Shown here: positions 50,471 through 61,700 of the stretch, piece by piece
Layout of the letters: each line of letters starts with the position of its first letter
Numbering within the stretch: the first letter of the stretch is position 1
Source of the DNA: Monocercomonoides exilis PA203
Lineage: Eukaryota > Protista > Preaxostyla
Assembly (NCBI GenBank): GCA_001643675.2
Contig: LSRY02000057.1
Span: forward strand, 62,001 to 126,000
Reading direction: 5' to 3'
DNA: 64,000 bases
Translations under genes and position numbers: made by a program
The notes under the pieces: generated by a model
Seen by the model: the letters and a program-made list of their open reading frames with translations, nothing else
Database searches by the model: none
What the model was told of the DNA's origin: nothing

Positions 50471-51806
50471 TTCATCATCATCATCATCATCATCATCTTC
50501 TTCTTCCTCCTCCTCCTCTTCTTCACCTTATTCACCTTTTTCACCTTCTTCTCCAACTTCTTTCTCCCCGTTTTGCTTCTTCTGTATTTTATTCGACTTT
50601 TAATACGATAGTATTGGAGAATGGAGGGGAAATAACAAAGGAAAACGTTTTCAATTGATTATTCAACAAGCTTCATCAAGATTACTTATTCGGTACCTTC
50701 ATCTTCTCATTTCACGCTCAGCCAGCCAAAAGGCAGTTACGTGAGCGAATAAATGCATTTGTTGAACATCTGGATCATTTAAAAGCGGATTTGGAAGAAT
50801 GGATTAATGGAGTATTTCATGAATCATTTGCAAAGCAAGGGAAATGAAGAAAAATGAAGAGAAAAAGATGGAAGAAATGAAAAATTGAGGGAGATCAGCC
50901 AGAGAGGCTGAACGAAGATGGAAAATGATTGATGAATGAAGAAACATTCATTTATGCGAAAACAAAGCAGCTGAAGAGACAAAAAGAATGGAAAGAAGAA
51001 CTTTTGGATAATTTTGTTAGAAAAGAATGCGAGCAAGGCATCTTCTCTTTCTCCAACAATAGGCAAAGGCAGATAAAAACAGAATGATGAAAGAAAAAGG
51101 AAGAGAAAGAGATGGAATCTGAGTGAAATTTTGAAGAATTTCATTTTGAGACGAAATGAATGAAACGAGTGCCCTTATTCAAGAAGAAGAGATAAAATGG
51201 AATGAAGAGAAAAGCAAAGGAAGACAATAAGGAATAAAGGAAATTAGAGATAAAAGATGAACAAAAATGAGAAGAATGAGAAGGGCAATTAATATTTATT
51301 TACATGTTCTGTCATTTTCATTCTGAACTGGAGTATTGTATTAGATTCTTTTCAGCCATGTTTGTGCTTGTTGTATTTGGTGCTCACGAAGTTGATGCCT
51401 GAAATCTTTAACGAACATTTCTTCATTGATGCCTTTTCATTCTTCTCAATTTTTTTCATTTCATATTTTGCCTTCTCCTTCTCAAATTCAAAGAGAAAGC
51501 GATGAGAAAGAGTATCAGCAGAGTTAGCCAGAGGGGAAAAGAGGAAATAAATGAACCGAATTTTTTTTTGAAAAAACGAATCTGTTTGAAGAAGATATGA
51601 TGCAAATATTCGTTCAACGAAGATTCTTGATGAAAATAATTGAAAAGAAAAGAAAAGAATGGAATTTTTAACATTTCTTTTTTTAAAAAAAAGGAAACAA
51701 AAACATTAATAAAAATTCTTCAAATAATTTTTGTTGTAATTTTGTGAAATGATGAAAATTGAAAAAGACAGTTTTTGATTCACAAAATGAAATGAAATGA
51801 ATTTGG

Positions 51807-53269
51807 TTAAACATTCACAAAATAATCTGAAATATTCAATGATAATTCATTATAGTTTTTGCTGTTCAAAAACTTTATGATTTTGAAAAAACTTGTGATA
51901 ACATCTTCATGTCCTTCTTCTTCCATCTTTTCAAACACTTTTCTTTTCGACTCTTTTCTTTTTGCTTCTTCCATTTTAACTTTCTTTTTTCTTTTCAATA
52001 GCCCTGAAATTGCAATGAAAAACATCAAGCTACAATATGCAATTTTGTTATTTAAAATTGGCTGCTGAATCACCTCCAAAACAGCATCAACAGCTTCTCT
52101 TTTCAACATATCATCAACATTCACAGCTTCATTTCTCACCACCGCTTGAAATAAACAAATGCATTGCTTGCAAATTTCTATGTGATTAACCTTTGCTTCC
52201 CGTAAGACTCCCACAATACTTCCTATAAGCACGGTATTAACTTCATTCTCCAATTTGAATGCTGACAAGAAAGAATCAATAGCATCGATCCATTTCCTGA
52301 TAATAAGCACTTCTTTCACTTCTGTTTCTTTCTTTCTTTCTTCTTCTTCTTTTCTCTTCCAGTCGACACATTGAGACAATTCTTCTATCTCTCTTGTTGC
52401 TTCCTTCACAAAATGAAGTTCATTCACAACCACTTCTTCCAAACTTTCGTCTTTGAGTGAGCGATAAATCAAAAACCCCCAAATAGACTGATACGCATGT
52501 CGAGTTAGGTTGCGATGTTCCTGATGATATTGGATTATCTCTTTGATTTCATTCAAATACAGTTTTTCTCCCATATCCTGATTGAAAATTGAAAGAATAA
52601 AAATGATTGAAAAAATGAAATGGAAGATATCATGCATCATATCGAATATAACTCAATCCCAACAATGCCATTTCCACTTCTTTTTGTGTATTTTCACCTT
52701 TCTCTTTCTTCAAGGCAACTTTCAGAAGACAGGGCACACAAATCGACATCAATTTTGACGAAGGTTTGACGTGAAGCAAAAGACAACATTCACAAAGGTC
52801 AATTTGTAATTTTTCATTTTTTTCATCTATTTTCTTCTTTTCTTCTTCAACAATCATCTTCTCAAATCTTTCGTTCAGCAAAGATCTTTCAAAGTGATTA
52901 ACCAAACATTCTTTATCGCATAGTCATATCCAAGAAGCTTCAATAAATAAATCGCATTTTCCATTGACAGCTTCTTTTCTTCAATCATTTCATTGATTGC
53001 ATCAAATGGTTCTTCTGTAAAAATAGAATAAAAATCATCTTGATCCATTTCGTTTATGCATTCGTCCATTTCTTCGATTATCTGTTTCGTATCGCCATCT
53101 GCACATTCTTCCAGTTTACAAAGCAATTCTTCCAAAATAATGAAAGAACATAAATAAAGTACCTTCAAACAACAGTCACAATAAACAAACTTGAAAACTT
53201 ATCCCTGAGAGATAGCTCCTGAGCATCATCATCATTTTAAACTTCATTGTCCATTTCCATTCTGTTCAT
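51807..53269 (-). pseudogene. Helical Lys/Glu-rich family member with a frameshift near 52900 and an early stop
   Basis: Same motifs as the 48693 copy (ICVPCLLKVALKKE, LYLNEIKEIIQYHQEHRNLTRHAYQS, VDWKRKEEE, FEKMEEEG). Confidence 0.65.
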
Positions 53270-54659
53270 TGTTTGCAAAGATCAATTTGTGCAAAATTTC
53301 AAACATAAAACAAAACAATAAAAAAACAAACATTGTTGATTGTTGAAGAAAAAAAGGCAAAAGCCAAACTCAATTCCTTTGCTTTGAAAAAATCAGAGTT
53401 AAAAAAAAAGAAGTCACAAAGATAATAAAACAGGCAATTGTTTGCAGAATGCAAAAGAATCGAAATCTTTCTGATCGAGACAACAATAATTCATTTTATG
53501 AAATGGATGACATTTTAATGAAAAATTGAACAAATTGAGAAATATCCCACATGTTTGTGTTGAATAGAAATGAAATATCTATTTTCGCATTCTGAGCCAC
53601 ATGAAGAAGAAGTGAAAAGACTATGAAAAGATCTTTGCAAATAAGAGACAAAAAATAAACAGTTTGTTGATTAATTGTGTGTGAACTTTTATATCCCTTC
53701 AAATGAAAAATTTAATATTAGTTTTTCATTTTATAGTACTCACATTTTGAGTTGTCTGGAAGCTTTCCTTCATTGAGATGATTCTTTGTGTAATATCAAA
53801 GTGCTTGTTGGTTTCAGTGAACATTTCAAATATAATGTATTGAGCAAAGTTGTTTGCTGTTTGGATGTTTTTTTATTTAGTCCATTTCTTGAGGGGTTGT
53901 TCATGCGAAAGGAGGATTGACGGATTGGATCAAGTTTTCGTTATAACTCACATTTTCGATGTTTGAGCAAATGACAGTTGGACACCTTAGGGAACGAATC
54001 AGAGCAATAATGAATGACATAATTGATCGGAAAATTAAATTGATTTTTTAATCAAAGGATTTTGAAGCTGAGCGAAGATGAAAGAATTCGTGATGGTGGA
54101 GGGAGATTTATGCAATATGCAGGACAAAGAACATAATGAATGTTGAGTTCATTTCAGAACAAAAATTGCCTATTTGTGTTACTGCTTTATGCGTATTATC
54201 CTGAAAAGAATCTTGTTGCCTTTTGTTGAAAATCATCATTTTGAATATTGTTGTCGATTATCATTGATCCCTCAATTTCAGCATGGATTTCAACAAAACA
54301 CAGAAACAATTCGAACGATATCAAAATGAATTTGCCAAGACAGACGGGCAACAGTTGAAGTGTTTGATCATGCAAAGGTGTGTAATCCAAAGAAAGCTGC
54401 ATTTGTGTTGCATTTTTTCAAAAAAGGTTTTACGAAAGAAAAAGGAAAACACGAGAAAGATGTGAAAGAAGAAAAATATAAATCACAATTATCATCAACT
54501 GTTTCATCATCATCTTTTTTCTTCCTCCTCTTTCCTAACCTCTGCTCTCCACTGTTTTCCTTCTTTCTTCATCCGGTTGCATGGCTTCTGTGTCATTCCT
54601 TCATCAGCCCTCTTCCTCCTCTTCCAATCCTCTGCAACATCTCCCTCGCTCTCCCAAGG

Positions 54660-55416
54660 CATTCCCATTCAGTTTTATTCTGCTCTATTGGCTGTGGCAA
54701 ATCGGCGCTGCTTGCATCGATTCTGGGAGAGACAATCTGTTTGGAAAGGAAAGGCTATTTGAGTGTGAAGGTGGCTTATATGCCTCAGGTGTGAAAGTTC
54801 GAAAGAAAAAAAATACAAATAAATCTCTGCTTCTTTTTTTTCTTCTTCTTTACTGATTAATATTGTTTTCATCTGTTTTTTCACTTAATTTTTACCCCCT
54901 TTTTCTGATATATATCATTTCTTTCCTCCTCTATTTCCGTTGCAAATTCCCAACGTATTCAACATCACCATCAAATCCAACATCCTCTTTCGTTCAACTT
55001 TCAACACTCCATCTACCACTTCCTCGTTGTTCAATAATTCTGTTTGGAACAAAACTTATCCATTCTTCCTGGAGGAAGAGAAGAGGAAGTGGGGCAAATG
55101 TAGAAATAACCTGTTGGCAGTGCAACTTGTTTGGATAACTCTGGCGAAAGCAGTCTTTTCATCTGATGAGATGCTTCTGTTTGATGAGATTTTTGAAAGA
55201 ATCGATACTCATGTTGGACAGACACTGGTTACAAAGACCAACAATCATCTTCAAAAAAGGGGACACGGTGCTGTCTTGACAGCAACACACAACACGATAT
55301 ATATGTCTTGTTTTGGCACAGCCATCGCGATTGGAGGAAGACAGTGGGATCAGAAAGACAGGAAGGGCGGAAGAGTTAAAGGGGATTGTGAAGAAGATGA
55401 GGGTGTTGATAAGTGA
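54660..55416 (+). pseudogene. ABCC/MRP-type transporter NBD1 remnant
   Basis: IGCGKSALLASILGE (Walker A), VAYMPQ (Q-loop), NITIKSNILF, TLAKAVFSSDEMLLFDEIFERIDTHVG (Walker B/D-loop), ATHN (H-loop); signature motif degraded and no TM domain seen. Confidence 0.7.
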
Positions 55417-56329
55417 GGAGAATGAAGAAAGGAGGGAAGAAGAAGAAGAAAAGATGAAAGAGTTAGAGAACTTTTTTAATATGATTTTGAAAACAATTTT
55501 GAAAAAAAGATTGAAGATGCAAATGACATTTCTTCGCCATCACATCGTCTTCGTCTTTTTCTTAATCTTTGTTTTTTTTTTTGCAGCTTCTTTTCAGATG
55601 ACATTCAACAAGAGTTTCATCATTCCGAAGTGTTTGAACAGTTCAATTCAGCAGAGATTCCGAATCGAGCCAAAATATTTTGATTTCATATTCCATTCAC
55701 AAATTCAAAAAAGAAAATAAAATTTGGACAATGTTTTTCTTTTCATTCAAATCTTCTTCTTCTTCAACTCATTCGATGAACAACAAAAACATTTGCATTT
55801 CAATTTCATTCAAATTCTTATCGAATTAATCAGGAGACCTTGCCTTTCATTTCTATTCATCAAAGCAAAATGAATATTCACACTTTCATAGAATTAATGC
55901 CAGGACAGACGCAGCAAAGAAATGGGCTATTTTGAGCTGGAATAGCAGATCATCAGGCATTCAACAGAAAAAGGAGATTGAATCCGAGTGTTTTCATTGA
56001 AAACTGAAAGAGGTGCAGATAAAGGAGAAAGAACGTTGAAGAAATTCATTGATTAAATTAATGAATTCAAAAATAACCTTTGATTAATCTCACAGCTTGA
56101 AAACAACAGCGAATTGAGAAAATAAAATGAGAAAGGAAATCAATAAAGAGTGAAGTGCTTGTTTGAATGAAAATTCTATGAAACAATAGAATAAATGCCC
56201 GATAAGCAATGGTGATTTCATCAAATGCACATGTGAGATGTTTTCTTCTATTTTGTGTGCCATCTCTTCAAATATCTTCGACCGTGCCATCACTCACACA
56301 TAAATTCACATTTTGTCTGCTCATTCAAT

Positions 56330-56890
56330 AATATTTGCCAACGTTCTTCACCTTCTTCAGAAGCCCCGTCGCATTGTGCGCACTCTTGCAGGACATCTTT
56401 GATAACCGACAATGCATTGCTTTAATGCCAAGCATGTTTTCCATATGTTCATCATCAGCTGTGTTCCCGTTGATAAAGATTTATTAATCGACATTCCAAT
56501 CACAGAATGCTTCTGTTCTGTCATGTCCAACAGCCGAGTTGTCTTTCCGAGTGATGTTTCCCATGAAAGTGAACAAAGGTTCTTTCACAGAAGCAACAAA
56601 TGATTCGCACACAAAATACATATCTCTTCCGACACAGGCCTTGTTGGCTGAAAACACGATATTGGTGATGGAAAAGGTTGTGGATGACACTTGTGAGCCT
56701 TCATTGAACTCGAACATGAGAGCACCGCCTCTTCCTCCAGAACTTGTATCATCGCTCACACAGCAGGTGGAGAAGGTTGTGTTCCTCACAGAAAATGTGT
56801 TGGCAGTGGAAGATGAGGCGAATGAGATGCACCCGCCATCTGTGGCAGTCTGTTGGCTCAACTGTGATGAGTTGATGTTGGTCATGGTGC
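56330..56890 (-). pseudogene. Isolated fragment of the beta-helix receptor family
   Basis: MTNINSSQ..DGGCISF..FSTCCV..GRGGAL..FSANKACVGRDMYFVC matches module motifs of 26668-34410. Confidence 0.65.
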
Positions 56891-58734
56891 AGTTGGCGAG
56901 GGAGAGGGAGAGGAAACTGGAGAAGGATGGAAGGGAGGTGATGGAACATGTTGAAAGGAAGAAGAAAAAGAAGGAAAGAACGAAGAAGAGTTTATGAAGA
57001 AGAAGAGAAGCGAATTCCTAAAGTGTTTGCGTGTGGATTGAAGATGAGTTTTAAATTGAAATAGGATTGTGTAAAAAATGATAAATTTGGGATGAAGGAA
57101 AAACAAAGAGGAAGGAAAATGAAAAAAGATAATCTTCAGATTGAGAGGAGAAAGAGTTGATGTGATTGATCCAGTTGTTGATCTTGGTGGTGATTGTTTA
57201 TCCATTGTTTTATATTTTTTTTCCAAAAGTTGTCAAGCCGCCCAGCTGGAATGGTGAATGACAATTCTATTTATGAAGAGGAAAAAATAAATCAATTGTT
57301 TTTTTATTGATTTATAATGCATTTTTTCACCCCCCATTTTCTTTTTGAAAAGATTTGTTCAATTGGATACGATGCATTTCTTCAACTTAATCTTCGTTCG
57401 TAATTTCAACAATTGATTTTTTAACCTTCGTTTTTTATTTTTTTTTTTTGATCTTCTTGAGAAGTTATTAAAAATTCCACAAATATTAACTTATTCTTAA
57501 TTTTTTGGCATATTTATCGATAAAGATTGAACAACATCATAAGTTCTAAAAAAAAAAATCAAACTCTCATTTTTCGCTTTTCAGGCATTATTTGGATGTG
57601 GGATTTCATTGGATGATTCTTTTGATTGTCACTTTACAGATGTCTGAGGAAAACATGATAATCATTTGTTTCTCAGATCTTTTGAAGATTATCAGAATCT
57701 GTTTGTTTGTTGAGGAAATATTCTGGTTAAATAATTTAAACGAAATGTTTCATCATTTGTCGTGAAACGTGAAAAAATGATAATTCATTTTCCAAAAACA
57801 AAGTGGATGAATGCAAAAATGAAATGAGTATGAAACAAAAAAGAATTGATTAACTAATATTGAAGGAGTTACATGGATGGATACACATGTGATGAATAAT
57901 AAATAATGAAAAATGTTTGCTATTTCAAAAAATAAAGAATGACAACAAAAGAAGGTGAAAGCCATTTTGAAGATCATTCTTTGAACAGAATAGAACAAAA
58001 GCAAATGGTGAAAGAATTAGAAAAAATTAAAGATAATGATTACAACTAAATTTGTCACGGAATAAAGCAACTGAATTTAAAAAAAATCAGAGTTACAAAT
58101 ACAAAAATGAAAAACAAGTTCAAAGAAAACAACTGAAAATAATCCACTTCAAAATCGATATTGGTCAAACAAACACAAAACATCTTTTTCATCAATAGAA
58201 TTCTTTTGTTTGAAAGAAAAGCAAAATTGTGGCAGCTTGTAAAATAAATCTTCAAATGGCAGATTCTTCAAGTATTTTCCAAAAATACAGCAAAGATCCA
58301 ATCTCCTGCATTGAAAATCATGTGCAAATGATGGAGCCAGCTGACAACTCAAAAATTCAATCATCTGCCACACAAAAAACAAACAAAAGCAATTCTTCTG
58401 TTCTCTTCATGTTAGTTGTGTTCATAATGTCCGTTGAACTTCATTTTCTTCATCAGTCTCCAAAAATGTTAATTTATTCATCAATAACAATCAAACATCG
58501 CTCTTTGAATGCAATACATCAAAATTTAGATTTTCTCCTGTGGGTGATCAAGTGAGTTTTTGATCGGATGCTCCTTCAAAGAGACAATTGACTCAACATC
58601 TGAACAGCTGAACAGACCATTCGAAGAATACAAAAGTGTAGAGAAATATATTAATATCATTATCTTTCTTCTCAAATGCATTGGGAAAAGGATGAAAGAA
58701 AAGACAAATATCATGATCACCATCATTTTCACCA

Positions 58735-61700
58735 CTAGCACATGCTTTCCAGTTCCCCTCTGCTTCCTGAGTCTCTGCGTCGCTCACTCTCCCCATCACA
58801 CCCACTGAAGCATTCAACAGCATCTGTCATTGTGAGCACAGCAGCACCTGGTGGGAAGCGCTGGATGAACTCGCGTTTCAACAAAGCCAAAGTTAGCCTC
58901 TGAGAGGCACACCCTGACAAACAGCACTTGGCAATATTCTCCATCGAGGATGTGCTGATGCTTTCGAAATTCGGTCTCTCCCCATTCACTATCTTCTGCC
59001 CTGCCACTTCTGCCTCATAATCTCCAAACGGGATTTGAAGAGTCAGGCACTCCCACAACATCATCCCAATCGAGAAGACAACCGACTCCTTTGTTGCTCC
59101 CATTTTCTTATTGATCAGCAGCTCAGGTGCCTTCCACCTCAAGCACTCTTTTTTGAAAGCATCCTCATCCTCAAAAGCAGATGAGGGCAGAGAGTCTTCA
59201 TCATCATCATTGCCACTGGCAGATGTTACAACAGTTGATGATGAGATGGATGATGAATCTGAATCATCATCAGACAATAAGTCTGAGTGCATCACAATGC
59301 AGATGACCATGTGCTCGGAGAAGAGAACAATGTGAGGGCTAAGATTATCAAGAGATTGAAGAGGATTTTCCATCTCATCAAAGGAGTGAAGAGCTCCATT
59401 CGCCACCCAGAACAGGATCTGTGCAGCTGTCATTTCTCTCTCTTGAAGACTTCCAATCGCCATCTCTTTCTTCTCATTCCTGCCATGAAGAAGCATGAAC
59501 AACGAATCCCTCAGATCCACAATCAGCTTCTCATGAGGAGATGAGCAGGCCATTGCATCCACCAAGTTCGACATCGATGAGGTGGTTGGGCACAAATCCT
59601 CCCCTCGAACAAAAGTGGAATCTGAATCAGTTGAACAAGTGGAAGAAATTGACGGTGATGGTGTTCTTTTCCTTATCTCTTCTTCTTCATCTTTCTCCAA
59701 CATCCATTGAGGAATCTTGTCTGAGTCTCTCCCCAAGATATATTCAGTTGAACCACTCTCAGATAGAAGATGCTCTGAAGACTCTGAATGTTGCATATTC
59801 GTATCATACACCCTCTTCTTCATCCTTTCTTCATTCTTTTTCTCAGCTTCTCTTTCTGCTCTCCTCCACTGCTCCTCAGGCGACATCTCCATCGTCACCA
59901 TCTCAAATGCTTTGGGATCCTTTCTGATGTTGTCATTCACAATCTCTCTCAGATCTTTTGCTTCATTCTTTGCCTTTCTCCATCTGACCGTTGAAATAAC
60001 TGCAATAATCAGAATGATAAGAAGAATAAATGCCATGATGATCACAATCAACAACCAATAAGACTTCCCTTCTTTTCCTCCTTCGGCAAGCTTTCCTTCT
60101 CCATTTGTTTTTGATTTTGTTTTGTTCTTCAGTATCTGTGGAGAAGTTGCAGCCAATTGTTTTCCAAACAGAATCATCACAGACACCTCTGTTTCATCTG
60201 CAACCTTTGAAAAATTTTCAGATGTGATTGTTCCAATCACCTCAGTTTCTGAAATAAAGCCATCATCCTCAAACTGATGTGTCTCAACCAACTCCACATC
60301 TCCTGTTTTATACACAAGTCTGAATGACAAGTCACAAGGAACAAACAGTGATCCCTTGAATTTGATAAAAATGTTGCTTCCATTTTCACTGATTGAAACC
60401 TCTTCCAGTTTTTGGATGAAGAAAGGAGATGACCTTTCTGCTGCTATCCCTCCCAAATCACATCCATCATTCAAGATCCAAAGAGAAGAATTATCTTTTA
60501 CCCCATCTCCCCCTTTCAAGCTGGATATAGTCAATGAGGCAGAATCTGAGCAAATGATGTTTCGGCGAAGAGAGGGATATTTTTCAATGAATGGATTGTT
60601 GTTCATAAACTCCCCTTTCTCGATTGTCACATTGTCAGCAGACACTGATAATCCACCCGATGAAGCATTCATTATTGTCACATATTTCATCGTTATTGTT
60701 GAGTTTGTTGAATGAACAAGAGACCCATTCCATTTGCATATTTCTTCAAAATTATTGTTTCTCTCATTTTCACTTTCTTTTCCAAGCACTCCAACAAATC
60801 GACATAAATCCATCAAAGCATCAATCGCATTGCTCAATTCCATAATGCTTCCTTTGTCAGACATGGAACAGCAGTTTGAGCAAGAGCAATTAGAAAGAAC
60901 CATTTGAGCAGAAGTTGAAGAAGCCGAGAGAACAGAAGCTCCATCTGAATTTCTTGAACAGTTGTTGAATGAGGAGCTTCTAATGGAAATTGTTCCTGAA
61001 GTTGAATCATTTATTGAAAAGATGCAGCCATCAGACAGCTTCACTCCATCTGCATCAATTCCATTGAATACAACTTTTTTGCATCCATCGATCACAAACA
61101 CATTTCCCATCGCTTCAAAATTATCCATTTTCACATTTGTCATTGATGTCTCATTTCCACAAAGCAGAAACGAAGGTTTCTTGAATGAAAGGAGTGACAC
61201 TGAGCAGTTGTCAACATGAAGAATTCCATTTCCAATGCTCAGCAATGTTGAATTAAGAAAAACAGCAGGCTGATTGTTGCTTGACCCTCCATCAGAAGAG
61301 AAATCAACAAATGAAAGAGAAAGCTGTCCACTTGCCTCATGAATGATAGAACTTCCAGAATAAGAAAACGATTGATCAAAGTTGAATTTCAATCTCTCAA
61401 ACCGAACATTCTCTGATGTTGTAATGAGATTTCCCTCATTGATATTAATTGTTGAGTTCAGATGCACCAAAGCAGCTAACTGAGATTGCAACGAGTGGAT
61501 AATCACATCCTTTGCTTCGCATTCCCCGTTCATGACTGTTTCCTCTGAAACCATCAGCTGAGAATACGATGACGGAATAATGTGTTGCACTCCCTGATTC
61601 AATGATTGACAAGGCATGCTGAACTCTCCACACTGCTTGCTATCTATTGAGTTTTCAGAAACTGAAGATACAAATATCGTCTCACTCTGATATTTCACAA

